NCBI GenBank assembly: GCA_028826165.1 | Contig: JAPDFW010000095.1 | Coordinates: 186,001 to 250,000 of the forward strand | DNA: 64,000 nucleotides | Source of the DNA: Anaeramoeba ignava BMAN | Taxonomy: Eukaryota; Protista; Anaeramoebae | Reading direction: 5' to 3' | Shown: piece after piece, positions 1-12,676 of the stretch | Layout of the letters: each line of letters begins with the position of its first letter | Position numbering within the stretch: position 1 is the stretch's first letter | The notes under the pieces: generated by a model | Seen by the model: the letters and a program-made list of their open reading frames with translations, nothing else | Database searches by the model: none | Told to the model about the DNA's origin: nothing | Position numbers and translations under genes: made by a program

Positions 1-729
1 TATTCTTTATCTTCATGGAAAAACAGAACAAAATTCTTTGATTAATTCACTTGCAAATTCACAATTATTATCTGCAGATGTAAATGTAGGAATTGATCCA
101 GAATGGAGAAGTGTTTGTGAAGAAAACAATTGCGCTAAAATTGGATATGGAGTTGCTTTAACAAAATTCACTGGTGAAAAAAAAAATTAAAAGGAAAAAA
201 TCAAAAAAATCAAAAAGAAAAATTTTAACCGATTTTTTTCTTGTTAAATTTTTGTTCATTAAATTAAAAGGTTCTGGTGGAAAATCTAATAGTAATGAAG
301 CTCATGCTGAGTTTGTTGCTCGTATTAGAAAGGCGTTTAATCAAGATGGTGTTCTTTATCAACCTGCAGAATTGGGAAAAGTTGATCAAGGAGGTGGTGG
401 AACAATTGCAAAATATTTGGCTTCTTATGGAATGCAAGTTTGGTAAGTCAAAATAATAATTGATTAATTTATTTTTTTCTTTCTTTCATCTCATTAATTC
501 AATTTATTTTATTTTCCTTTTATTTTTATTATAGTGATTGTGGAACTCCTGTTCTTTCAATGTAATTTTGATTTTGATTTTTATTTTTATTTTTATTTTG
601 AAATTTTTTGAAATGAAAATTTATTTTTCTTTATTGAAAAAAATAAGGCATGCTCCATTTGAAATTTCTTCTAAAGCGGATGTTTTCCATACTTATAAAG
701 CTTATCTTTCATTCTATAAACTCAAATGA
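1..729 (+). CDS. M18-family aminopeptidase, 3' part (5'-truncated by the window); exons ~1-173, 271-441, 535-561, 648-729
   Basis: Spliced translation ...LSADVNVGIDP...KFTGSGGKSNSNEAHAEF...ELGKVDQGGGGTIAKYLASYGMQVCDCGTPVLSMHAPFEISSKADVFHTYKAY matches the C-terminal motifs of M18 peptidases (GGTI, SMH). GT-AG introns restore the frame. Confidence 0.85.
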
Positions 730-744
730 GCTTTTTTTTTTCAA

Positions 745-1117
745 ATCAAATTCAAAATCAAAATCAAAATCAAAATCAAAATTAAATTAAAAATTAAAAA
801 TCAAAAATTAAAATTTTAAATCAAAAAATTAAATCAAAAATCAAATTAAAATTAAAATCAAATAAAATCAAAATTAAATTAAAATTAAAATTAAATTAAA
901 AATTAAATCAAAAATTTAAATTAAAATTAAAATTAAAATTTAATTAAAAAAATTAAAATTAAAATTAAAATTAAATTAAAATTAAATTAAAATTAAATCA
1001 AAATTAAATTAAAATTAAAATCAAAATTAAATCAAAATTAAATCAAAATTAAATCAAAATTAAATCAAAATTAAATCAAAATTAAAATCAAAATTAATTC
1101 AAAATTAAATTAAAAAT
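745..1117. repeat. (AAAATT/AAAATC)n-type satellite in the intergenic spacer
   Basis: Degenerate 5-6 bp tandem units read directly. Confidence 0.9.
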
Positions 1118-1284
1118 AAAGAAGAAAACGAAGAAAACAAAAGAAGAAGTTTTGTTTGTTTGTTTTTAATTAAGCAATCTGAAAAGAAAGTAAAAAAAAA
1201 AAGAATTGAAGAAAATAAAAGGTTTTTGTTCTTTGATTTGTTTTGTAATTTAAGAAGAAGAAAAAAACCTTTTATTTTGAAATT

Positions 1285-4200
1285 TCAAGAATTGTTTTTT
1301 GTTGTTTTTTGTTTTTTGGTTTTGTTTTGAGAATTTATTTCTTTGTTTTTGAAACTGATGAAAACATTGTTGGAACAACTTCTTTAAGTTTTGTTGTATT
1401 AACAGATGAAACAGAACCAAAATTAACGAAAAAACAACGAGTCATAACTAAATCTTCATTTGGAATAACATAAAAAGGATTTGGATTTTTAACTTCTGAA
1501 GTTTTAACAACTAATTCGGATAAAAATTTAATTTAAATAATTTTAATTTAAATAAATTTAATTCAAATAAATTCAATTGAAATAAATTTAATTTAAATAA
1601 ATTTAATTGAAATAAATTAATTGAAATAAATTTAATTGAAATAAATTTAAATTGAAATAAATTTACTTTCACATAAAGCCATGCATTGAAAAGAAGAATT
1701 TGAAAATCTACTTTTTTTCCAACCAGTTCCACTTCGACCTTTTTTTTTTAAAATAAAATAAATTAAAAAAATTATAAATTATAAATTGAAAAAATAAATT
1801 AAAAAAAACCATAATAAGTAGAAGTTGAAGGTTCAGCTGCCAAATAAATTCCTGCACCATAAGCAGCAGCATGCATCATACGTTTAGTGTTACTCATATT
1901 TTTCAAACCAGTTCTTAAAATACAATGCCAATTCTCAACTGGAGAACCATGAAAAGCATAAACAGAAGGGTTATTTTTCTTAAGTTCTTGAAAAGCGGAT
2001 TCTTTTTGAGGTGGACCTGATAAAAGTAAAAATTGATTTTTAGTATTAAATTCAGTTATCTGTTGCGATTCTTCGAGTTTGATTAAATGAGCTCTGTTTG
2101 TTGTGATTAGCCAACGAAGTAATCTATAACTCTCAGGATGAAGTGATTCTAGATAACCTCGAAGTTTTCTTTCATCCCTTCCAAATTTTGACATTTCATC
2201 TACTGAAGGGAAGGAGTCTAATACCTTCTTGAGCTCGTCAAACTTCTTTGCTTTGGTTGTTGGATCTAGGAAATCTGTTGGAAAGGGATCAAAAATTAAA
2301 TCGTTTCGTGATGAATAACAGGCTGTTACTGCCATAGTGATTAATAAGTCAACAAGATCAGGTTGTTGTTCGATTTCACTACTAACATTAGCTCCCAATC
2401 CCATTTGTTGATGTCGAAATATACATGCACTATTTATGGGAATTTATTAAATTTTCAATTTTAATTTATTTAAATAAATTTTTAAAATAATTTTTCAATT
2501 TTAATTTTAATTATAATTTTAATTTTAATTTTAATTATAATTTTAATTATAATTTTAATTTTAATTTTTATTTTAATTTTAATTTCAATTTTAATTTTAA
2601 TTTTGATTTTAAATTTTAATTTTAATTTTGATTTAAATTTTAATTTTAATTTATAAATGAATTTTAATTATAATTTTAATTTTAATTTTAATTTTAATTT
2701 TAATTCTAATTTTAATTTTAATTTTAATTTTAATTTTAATTTTAATTTTTAATTTTAATTTTAATTTTAATTTTAATTTTAATTTTAATTTTAATTTTAA
2801 TTTTAATTTTAATTTTAATTTTAATTTTAATTTTAATTTTAAATTTTAATTTTAATTTTTAATTTTAATTTTAATTTTAATTTTTATTTTAATTTTAATT
2901 TTAATTTTTTATTTTTTAATTTTAATTTTTTAATTTTGATATTAATTTTAATTTTAATTTTAATTTTAATTTTTGATTTTTAATTTTGATTTTAATTTTA
3001 ATTTTAATTTTAATTTATAAATGAATTTTAATTATAATTTTAATTCTAATTCTAATTTTAATTTTAATTTTAATTTTAATTTTAATTCTAATTTTAATTT
3101 TAAATAATTTTAATTATAATTTTAATTTTAATTTTAATTTTAATTTTAATTTTATAAATGAATTTTAATTTTATAAATGAATTTTAATTATAATTACGGA
3201 TCTTCACAGCAAACAGGTTTTAATCCTATTTATTTTTTTTTTAATTTTTTTTTATTTAAAATTTTGAATTAAATTTAAATCCATTTCATTTTCAAATTAT
3301 TTATTAAAAAATTACCTTCTGAACCAAGTTTTTTACCACAAATAATACAATAATTAGTGCAATTTTTCACTCTTTGATTCATATAATCAAAAAGATCGAT
3401 AATTAAATTTGTAGAAGGAATAAAAGTATCAATATCAACTTCAACAGCAAAATTTCTTTTAAATTTCTTGTTTGAATTTTTTGATTTAACTTGAGCACTT
3501 TTAAAACCATATTCATGAGCAATCTTAATAAAATCCTCATGACCACCTTCAATTAAAAGAGAACTTGCTTTTGAAGCGTCATTTTTAGTCATAATTAAAA
3601 CACCAACTACAGCCTCTTCAGAAAAACCCATTTCAACTAATGATTGAACCTTTTTCATGTCGATATCAATTTTTTCCTTTTTTTTATTTTTGCTGAAAAA
3701 ATGACCCATAATTCCTGATTTTTTTTTCTCTTGTGTTGTTGTTTCAAGATGAATATTTTGATTGTTAGGTTCATCAGCAATTCCTTTAGCAATATTTCCA
3801 TAATGTTTCCAATGCTTTTTCAAATACGCAATTATGATTTCTTTCAGTTGGAATTGAAGTCCAAATGATTTCCCTTTAATTTGCCAAATTTCAAATAGTG
3901 GAGGAGTTACACTTGTTGTATAATCTTTCGAAAAGTCTATTACTAATGTGATCGGAAGCGATGGATCAATTCCAAGTGCATCTGCATAAAGAGAGGATAA
4001 GAAAGAAACATCTGTTTGGATTTTGAGTGAATTAAGTGGAGCATAATACTAAAGAATTTTTTTTCAAATATTTTTCATGTTTTTGTAAATTTTTTAAATA
4101 TTTTTCATATCTTTCATGTTTTTGTAAAATTTTTGTAAAATTTTTTTTTTACATCAATCTTTTCATTTCCAATATAATCTGTTGCTTCTTTAAGATCTTG

Positions 4201-6431
4201 TTTCAAAAGATCCATCTATTAAAATTTTATATTTAATATTTTTAAATTTTTTTCAAATTCAAAAATTTTTACATATTTAGAATTATCTAAACCTAATCCC
4301 ATTGAAAGATGAGATTGCATATCATCTGAAGTAGAATCATCACTATCCACAATTTCATCATCATCGTCGTCATCTTCCTTTTCAACATCATCGTCTTCAT
4401 CGTCGTCATAATCATCATCATCGTCGTCACATCATCATCATCATCATCTTCATCATCTTCATCTGAACTCTCTTTTTTTTCTGGTTTTTTTTCGACTTCT
4501 TTTATATTGAATTTTTTTTTTAATACTTTTTTTTTTTTGGATTAAAATATTTTAAAATGAGAACATAAATGGAAAAAATTAATCAAAAATATTTTCTACT
4601 TTCAATCAAATCATTTGTAACATCAATTAAACGTTTTCTTTTTTTCTTGTTTACTTCATCAACAACACTCTAAATGAAAACAAATTTTAATTTTAATTTT
4701 AATTTTAATTTTAATTTTAATTTTAATTTTAATTTTAATTTTAATTTTAATTTCAATTTTAATTTTAATTTTAATTTTAATTTTGATTTTAATTTTAATT
4801 TTAATTTTAATTAATTTAATTTTAATTTTAATTTTAATTTTAATTTTAATTTTAATTTTAATTTTAATTTTAATTTTAATTTTAAATTTTAATTTTAATT
4901 TTAATTTTGATTTTAATTTTAATTTTAATTTTAATTTTAATTTTAATTTTAATTTTAATTTTAATTTTAATTTTCAAATTTTAATTTTAATTTTAATTTT
5001 AATTTTAATTTTAATTTTAAATTTAAATTTTAAATTTTAATTTTAATTTTAATTTTTAATTTTTATAAATTTTAATTTTAATTTTAATTTTTATTTTTAA
5101 TTTTTAATTTTAATTTTAATTTTCAAATGAATTTTAATTGAAATTTTAATTTTTAATTTAATTTTAATTTGAAAATTTTAATTTTAATTTTAATTTTAAT
5201 TTTAATTTTAATTTTAATTTTTAATTTTTAATTTTAATTTTAATTTTAATTTTAATTTTAATTTTAATTTTAATTTTAATTTTAATTTTAATTTTAATTT
5301 TAATTTTAATTTTAATTTTAATTTTAATTTTAATTTTAATTTTAATTTAAATTTAATTTTAATTTCAAATGAATTTTAATTTTCAAATGAATTTTAATTT
5401 TAATTTTAATTTTAATTTTCAAATTTATTTTAATTTTAATTTTAATTTTAATTTTAATTTTAATTTTAATTTTAAATTTAAATTTTAATTTTAATTTTAA
5501 TTTTAATTTTTAATTTTAAATTTTAATTTTAATTTTAATTTTAATTTTAATTTTAATTTTAATTTTAATTTTAAATTTTAATTTTAATTTCAATTTTTAA
5601 TTTTAATTTTAATTTTAATTTTTAATTTTAATTATAATTTTTAAATGAATTTTAATTTTAATTTTAATTTTAAATTTTAATTTTCAAATGAATTTTAATT
5701 TTAATTTTAATTTTAATTTTAATTTTAAATTTTAATTTTCAAAATGAATTTTTTTAATTTTAATTTTAATTTTAATTTTAATTTAATTCAAATTTTAATT
5801 TTAATTTTAATTTTAATTTTAATTTTAAATTTTAATTTTTAATTTTTAAATTTTAATTTTAATTTTAATTTTAATTTTAATGAATTTTAATTTTAATTTT
5901 TATTTTTAATTTTAATTTTAATTTTAATTTTAATTTTAATATTAATTTTAATTTTAATTTTAATTTTAATTTTAATTTTAATTTTAATTTTAATTTTCAA
6001 ATGAATTTTAATTTTAATTTTGATTTTAATTTTAATTTTCAAATGAATTTCAATTTTAATTATTTTTAATTTTAATTTTAATTTTAATTTTAATTTTCAA
6101 ATGAATTTTCAAATGAATTTTAATTGAAATTGAAATTGTTTTATAAAATTACTTTAATTTCAGGATTATTTGATTGAGTAACTAACATAATTCCATCTTT
6201 TTCAGAATCTATTGAAATAAAAGAAAATAATTTTTGAATTTGATCCTTAATTCTAATTGAATAATAAAAGCAAGATTCTAATTCTTCCCAAATTGTTTCT
6301 AAAAAATTAAATTAAATTAAAAAATTAAAATTAAATTTTAAATTAAATTTTAAGTTAAAATATTTATTACTAATTCCATATTGATCACAAAGCTTTTTTG
6401 ATTCTTTAATTTGTGTATCAAAATCACTCAT
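1285..6431 (-). CDS. PARP6/PARP8-like mono-ADP-ribosyltransferase with acidic tract, UBA-like domain and Cys-rich region; multi-exon
   Basis: ATG at 6431 (MSDFDTQIKESKK). UBA-like KVQSLVEMGFSEEAV. Cys cluster CIICGKKLGSEG|LKPVCCEDP|ACIF, built using the 28-nt exon 3198-3225. Catalytic motifs AFHGSPVENWHCILRTGL, YGAGIYLA, CMALCE|IV and FYVIPNEDLVMTRCFF. TGA at 1285-1287. One apparent 1-nt frameshift in the Asp run near 4429. Confidence 0.85.
2455..3195. repeat. (TTTTAA)n satellite filling a PARP intron
   Basis: Tandem hexamer between the minus-strand donor at 3197 and the acceptor near 2430. Confidence 0.9.
4684..6125. repeat. (TTTTAA)n satellite filling a ~1.5 kb PARP intron
   Basis: Tandem hexamer with interspersed AAATGAATT variants. 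Confidence 0.9.
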
Positions 6432-6786
6432 TATATTTATTTTTTTTTTAAAACGTTTTGTTTTTGTTTTGTTTTGTTTTTGTTTTATTAAAAAATAAAT
6501 GAATAAATGAACAAATGAATGAAGAAAAAAAATGAAAAAATGAAAAATGAAAAATGAAAAAATGAAATTGTTTTAATTTAAAGTTCTCAATCAATTTTAT
6601 TTTAATTTCTTTAATTTAAAAAAAATATTAAAAATCGAAATAGAGAAAGAAAAAAAAGTTTTTTTTTAATTAATTTTTTTATTTAAATTTTGATTTTAAA
6701 TTTTAATTTAAATATATATATTTTTCAAAAAAAATTTTAATTAAAAAAAAAATAAATTAAATTAAAATTTAAATTAAAATTAAATT

Positions 6787-6858
6787 GGGTAGTTAGTTGA
6801 GTGGCACAACACCCGTTTAGCATACGGGAGGCCAAGGGTTCGATTCCCTTACTATCCA
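6787..6858 (+). tRNA. tRNA-Ala (AGC)
   Basis: Acceptor stem GGGTAGT/ACTATCC with G3:U70 and discriminator A. D-arm GTTG/CAAC, anticodon arm CCCGT-TTAGCAT-ACGGG, T-arm AAGGG-TTCGATT-CCCTT. A T-run terminator follows. Confidence 0.95.
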
Positions 6859-6889
6859 TAATTTTTTTTATTTTAATTTAATTTAATTT

Positions 6890-8175
6890 AATTTTTTATT
6901 CCACTTTTCTTTCTTAATTTGATTTCAATTTAATTTAATTTAATTTAATTTAATTTAATTTTTTATTCCACTTTTCTTTCTTTTTTTAATTTAATTTAAT
7001 TTAATTTTTTATTCCACTTTTCTTTCTTAATTTAATTTAATTCAATTTAATTTAATTTAATTTTTTATTCCACTTTTCTTTTTTTCAATTTAATTTAATT
7101 TAATTTAATTTCATTTAATTCAATTTAATTTTTTATTCCACTTTTCTTTCTTAATTTAATTCAATTTAATTTAATTTAATTAATTTCAATTTAATTTAAT
7201 TTTTTATTCCACTTTTCTTTCTTTGATTTCAATTTAATTTAATTTCATTTAATTTAATTTAATTTAATTTAATTTAATTTTTTATTCCACTTTTCTTTCT
7301 TTTTTTAATTCAATTTAATTTCAATTTAATTTAATTTAATTTAATTTTTTATTTCACTTTTCTTTCTTAATTTAATTTAATTTAATTTAATTTTTTATTC
7401 CACTTTTCTTTCTTAATTTAATTTAATTTAATTTAATTTAATTTAATTTAATTCAATTTAATTTTTTATTCCACTTTTCTTTTTTTCAATTTAATTTGAT
7501 TTATTTCAATTTAATTTAATTTTTTATTTCACTTTTCTTTCTTTCTTTAATTTAATTCAATTCAATTCAATTTAATTTTTTATTCCACTTTTCTTTCTTA
7601 ATTTGATTTAATTTAATTTAATTTTTTATTCCACTTTTCTTTCTTTTTTTAATTTAATTTAATTTAATTTAATTTAATTTAATTTAATTTTTTATTCCAC
7701 TTTTCTTTTTTAAATTTAATTTGATTTCAATTTAATTTAATTTAATTTCAATTTAATTTAATTTAATTTCAATTTAATTTAATTTAATTTAATTTAATTT
7801 CAATTTAATTTAATTTAATTTAATTTTTTATTCCACTTTTCTTTCTTTCTTCAATTTAATTTAATTTATTTCAATTTAATTTAATTTTTTATTCCACTTT
7901 TCTTTCTTTCTTTAATTTAATTTAATTCAATTCAATTTAATTTTTTATTCCACTTTTCTTTTTTTATTTAATTTAATTCAATTTAATTCAATTTAATTTA
8001 ATTTAATTTTTTATTCCACTTTTCTTTCTTTTTTTTGATTTCAATTTAATTTAATTTCATTTAATTCAATTTAATTTTTTATTCCACTTTTCTTTCTTAA
8101 TTTGATTTCAATTTAATTTAATTTAATTTAATTTTTTGTTCCACTTTTCTTTCTTAATTTGATTTCAATTTAATT
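6890..8175. repeat. Compound minisatellite: TTTTTTATTCCACTTTTCTTTC core plus variable (TTAAT)n spacer, >20 copies
   Basis: The core recurs roughly every 45-105 bp, separated by AT pentamer runs. Confidence 0.9.
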
Positions 8176-8236
8176 TGTGTTATAATTGAATTTATTTATG
8201 AAAAATGATAAATAAATTCAAAAACAAAAAGAAAAT

Positions 8237-8557
8237 TTAAAAAAGTAAATAAAAAGAAAATAAAAAGAAAATTAAAATAAAAGAAAATGAAAAATTTGAA
8301 GCGAAATTGCATTCAAAAATTTGACAAGGCGAATTAGAAGCAGTATTTGCATCATAAACTTGTTCGCAAGTTAAAAAATTATTTGAAGCACAAGTATAAC
8401 CCCAAACACCATCTGTTTGAATTCCACACCAATAACAATATTGACTTAAACAAGTTGGTTTATATGCATCATCTGTTCCAACATAAGAACAATCACAATA
8501 AACTTCATTAACGATTAAAATCAAAAAACAAATAAAAATTAAGTACAAATTAATCAT
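8237..8557 (-). CDS. Small secreted 8-Cys protein with a hydrophobic C-terminus (putative GPI-anchored surface protein)
   Basis: Signal peptide MINLYLIFICFLILIVNEVYC, 8 Cys in the mature part ending FECN, then FAS and a hydrophobic tail. Paralogue at 10485-10802. Confidence 0.75.
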   Translation of the reverse strand: MINLYLIFICFLILIVNEVYCDCSYVGTDDAYKPTCLSQYCYWCGIQTDGVWGYTCASNNFLTCEQVYDANTASNSPCQIFECNFASNFSFSFILIFFLFSFYLLF

Positions 8558-8639
8558 CTTTTTATTTTGAAAATATAGCAATAAAAAGAACAAAGAAAAA
8601 TGAAAAAAAAAATGAAAAAAAAAATGAAAAAAAAAATGA

Positions 8640-10400
8640 AAAATTGATTAAAAATTGATATAAAATTGATTTAAAATTGATTTAAAATTGATATAAAATT
8701 GATTTAAAATTGATTTAAAATTGATATAAAATTGATATAAAATTGATATAAAATTGATATAAAATTGATATAAAATTAATATAAAATTAATTTAAAATTA
8801 ATTTAAATTTGATTTAAAATTAATATAAAATTGATATAAAATTGATATAAAATTGATATAAAATTGATTTAAAATTGATTTAAAATTGATTTAAAATTGA
8901 TATAAAATTAATTTAAAATTGATTTAAAATTAATATAAAATTGATATAAAATTGATATAAAAAATTGATATAAAATTGATTTAAAATTGATTTAAAATTG
9001 ATATAAAATTGATTTTAAAATTGATTTAAAATTAATTTAAAATTGATATAAAATTGATATAAAATTAATTTAAAATTGATTTAAAATTGATTTAAAATTG
9101 ATTTATAAAATTGATTTAAAATTGATATAAAATTGATTTAAAATTGATTTAAAATTAATATAAAAATTGATTTAAAATTGATTTAAAATTAATATAAAAT
9201 TGATATAAAATTATTGATTTAAAATTGATTTAAAATTGATTTAAAATTGATTTAAAATTGATAAAATTGATTTAAAATTGATTTAAAAATTGATTTAAAA
9301 TTGATTTAAAATTGATTTAAAATTGATATAAAATTGATATAAAATTGATTTAAAATTGATTTAAAATTGATTTAAAATTGATTTAAAATTGATTTAAAAT
9401 TGATATAAAATTAATTTAAAATTGATTTAAAATTGATATAAAATTGATTTAAAATTGATTTAAAATTAATATAAAATTGATTTAAAATTGATTTAAAATT
9501 GATTTAAAATTGATTTAAAATTGATTTAAAATTGATATAAAATTGATATAAAATTGATTTAAAATTGATTTAAAATTGATTTAAAATTGATATAAAATTG
9601 ATTTAAAATTGATTTAAAATTAATATAAAATTGATTTAAAATTGATTTAAAATTGATTTAAAATTGATTTAAAATTGATATAAAATTGATTTAAAATTAA
9701 TTTAAAATTGATTTAAAATTGATATAAAATTGATTTAAAATTGATTTAAAATTAATATAAAATTGATTTAAAATTATAAAATTGATTTAAAATTGATTTA
9801 AAATTGATTTAAAATTGATATAAAATTGATATAAAAATTGATTTAAAATTGATTTAAAATTGATATAAAATTGATTTAAAATTGATTTAAAATTGATTTA
9901 AAATTGATTTAAAATTGATTTAAAATTGATTTAAAATTGATTTAAAATTGATTTAAAATTGATTTAAAATTGATTTAAAATTGATTTAAAATTGATTTAA
10001 AATTAATTTTAAAATTGATTTAAAATTGATTTTAAAATTGATTTAAAATTAATTTAAAATTGATTTAAAATTGATTTAAAATTGATTTAAAATTAATTTA
10101 AAATTGATTTAAAATTGATTTAAAATTGATTTAAAATTGATTTAAAATTGATTTAAAATTGATATAAAATTAATATAAAATTGATATAAAATTAATTTTA
10201 AATTGATATAAAATTAATTTTAAATTGATATAAAATTGATTTAAAATTGATATAAAATTAATATAAAATTGATATAAAATTAATTTAAAATTAATATAAA
10301 ATTGATTTAAATTGATATAAAATTGATTTAAAATTGATTTAAAATTGATTTAAAATTGATATAAAATTGATTTAAAATTAATATAAATTTGATTTTAAAA
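8640..10400. repeat. 11-bp satellite (AAAATTGATTT/AAAATTGATAT)n, ~1.75 kb
   Basis: Direct tandem periodicity of 11. Confidence 0.95.
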
Positions 10401-10484
10401 TTGTATTTTCTGGTTCATTTTCTTTTTAAAAATTGTATTTTCTTGTTCATTTTCTTTTTTAAAATTTATATTTTCCTTGTTAAA

Positions 10485-10802
10485 TTAAATGATTAAAAAA
10501 AAAGGAACGAGAATAAAAAAAATATTTAAAAGAGAAAAAACAAAAGAAGAAGAAGAAGCAAAATTGCAGTCAAAAACAGTACAAGAAAGATCATGTTGTC
10601 TAACACCAGAACATTTTAAACCTTCTTTTTCTAAACACCAATAAAGCATTCCATCTCCATCATCTTGTCCACACCAAAAACACTCTTTTTGTAAACAATA
10701 TTCACTATATTCTTCTGTTCTTCCAACCCAAAAACATCCTTCATCATTTTTTGTAATTTCAAAAACTAAAATTATAATTATAATAATAAATAGTTTTTTC
10801 AT
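10485..10802 (-). CDS. Small secreted 8-Cys protein, paralogue of 8237-8557 (putative GPI-anchored)
   Basis: Signal peptide MKKLFIIIIIILVFEI. Same pattern C..VG....Y...CL...C.WCG...G..Y.C....L.C...C.VFDCN-FAS, then a hydrophobic tail. Confidence 0.75.
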   Translation of the reverse strand: MKKLFIIIIIILVFEITKNDEGCFWVGRTEEYSEYCLQKECFWCGQDDGDGMLYWCLEKEGLKCSGVRQHDLSCTVFDCNFASSSSFVFSLLNIFFILVPFFLII

Positions 10803-11135
10803 TCAAATTGTTTTTTAAATTGTTTTTTAATAAAGGAAAAAATGATTTATTTTTTTTTTGTTTTGTTTTGTTAATTTTAATAAAAAAAAAAGGGAATTAA
10901 AATTAAATTTTAATTTTAAATAAAACTTGTCTGAAAATTTTAAATTAAAAATTAAATTTTAATTTTAAATAAATCTTGTCTGAAAATTTTAAATTAAAAT
11001 TTTTTTATTTAAAAAGTTGTCCATTTTTTTGTATCCTTTTTATTTTTTTTTTGAAGTATTTAAAAGATTTTTTTTTTTTGTTAAAATTCATTCTTTTTTT
11101 TTGATTAATTTTGATTTTTTTTTTATTAGTTAAAA

Positions 11136-12551
11136 ATGAGTTTTTATTATGAGAAGAAAACAAATCTTTTAGAATTCAATAAAGAAGCTCATCCATTTTC
11201 ACAATTAGCAACTAAAACAAGTGATTTCAAAATTACAATCCAAGAGAATAATCAAGAAGAAGTAATCTTGACACATCGATTCATCCTTGCACTTCAAAGT
11301 GATTATTTCAAAGCAATGTTCCAAACAGGAATGCAAGAATCAACATCTCATGAACTTTTACTGAAAGATGTCTCAATCCAAATATTCAAAAAAATCATTC
11401 TGTTCATTTACACTGGAAAAGTGGAATTGAATTATGATATTCTCCTTGATTTCCTGATTAATTTCAGAAGATTCTTGATAAATGATCTTGAACTGGAAAA
11501 AGCTGCCTCCAACTTTATTGCTCAAAATATTGAAATTTCAAATGTTGTAAATATTTTCAGATTCGCAAAATTTTATAAGTTTCAAATTTTGGTGAATTCC
11601 TGTATCAAATTCATTAAGAAAAACATAAATATTTTCTTGAAAGAACGATATCTTTTTCTCAGCTTAAATTATGAAGAATTACTGGATATTTTGGATCAAA
11701 ATGATTTAGAAGTTGATGAACTTGAATTACTCAAAGAAACTTTGATTTGGTGGAATAGATATCCATATTCAGATTTTGCTACAATGGAAGATCTAAATCC
11801 AAAAGAACCGACACAAGAATATTTGGAAATGAAACAAGAACTTCTTTCAAGAATTCGTTTTTGTGCAATTTTTCCAAAGAAACTCTTCAAAAACAAGGAA
11901 ATTCTGGAACAACTTCCACAAGATTTGATCATGAAATTTGAAGATTTTCATTCCCAAAGAACAGAATTATCACAAGATCCACTGATAGAAGAAAATCCAA
12001 GTTATTTCTCAATTTTAGCCCCCGATAGATCCTCAAAGAATTTTTTACCAAGATTTGTTTTCCAAGAGAGTCACATTCTGAACAATGAAAATTTGATTTA
12101 TAATTATTTAAACACTTGGATTTACAACCCACATTTTTTCAAAATGAGACTTGGTTATTCAGGAAAAAGAGATGGTTTTGATTCAAGAATTTTTCACTCC
12201 TTGTGCGATAATAAAAGAAACACTTTAGTTTTGATAAAAACAAGTGATTTTGTTGTTGGTTGTTTTACTAAAATTGGCTTTGCTTCTGATTCTCAATTTT
12301 GGAATTCAAAAAGATTTCATGAAGTTCATCGTTATAACTTCATTTTTGATCCTGATGCATTTTTTTTCAAGTTTGATCTTCAAAATGGTGTTGTTGATCG
12401 ATTTGTGGAAAAAAGTTTAAACACTCTCCAATATGATATTGATTATGGTCCTGTTTTTGGTTCTTCTTGGATTTGGACTAATTTAGGTAATCGATCATTG
12501 AAAATGAATTCAGAATATTTTCAAATCAATGAAATTGAAGTTTTCTTTTAA
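11136..12551 (+). CDS. BTB-BACK-TLDc domain protein
   Basis: BTB: SDFKI...HRFILALQSDYFKAMF...FIYTG. BACK: LDQNDLEVDELELL. TLDc: YSGKRDGFDSRIFHSLCDNKRNTLVLIKT...YGPVFG...EIEVF. Confidence 0.9.
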   Translation: MSFYYEKKTNLLEFNKEAHPFSQLATKTSDFKITIQENNQEEVILTHRFILALQSDYFKAMFQTGMQESTSHELLLKDVSIQIFKKIILFIYTGKVELNYDILLDFLINFRRFLINDLELEKAASNFIAQNIEISNVVNIFRFAKFYKFQILVNSCIKFIKKNINIFLKERYLFLSLNYEELLDILDQNDLEVDELELLKETLIWWNRYPYSDFATMEDLNPKEPTQEYLEMKQELLSRIRFCAIFPKKLFKNKEILEQLPQDLIMKFEDFHSQRTELSQDPLIEENPSYFSILAPDRSSKNFLPRFVFQESHILNNENLIYNYLNTWIYNPHFFKMRLGYSGKRDGFDSRIFHSLCDNKRNTLVLIKTSDFVVGCFTKIGFASDSQFWNSKRFHEVHRYNFIFDPDAFFFKFDLQNGVVDRFVEKSLNTLQYDIDYGPVFGSSWIWTNLGNRSLKMNSEYFQINEIEVFF

Positions 12552-12676
12552 ATCTGATCAAAAAGAAAGAAAGAAAAAAAAAATTTATTCAATTTTATTC
12601 TTTTTATTTTTGTTTTTATTTTTTTTTTTTTTCATTTTTTTCTTAATTTCTTTTGCTATTTTTTTTTTTCAATAAA

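Noticed and set aside
6890-8175. Repeat-spacer pattern resembling a CRISPR array
   Set aside because: The spacers are just (TTAAT)n of variable length, the repeat is not palindromic, there are no cas genes, and the context is eukaryotic.
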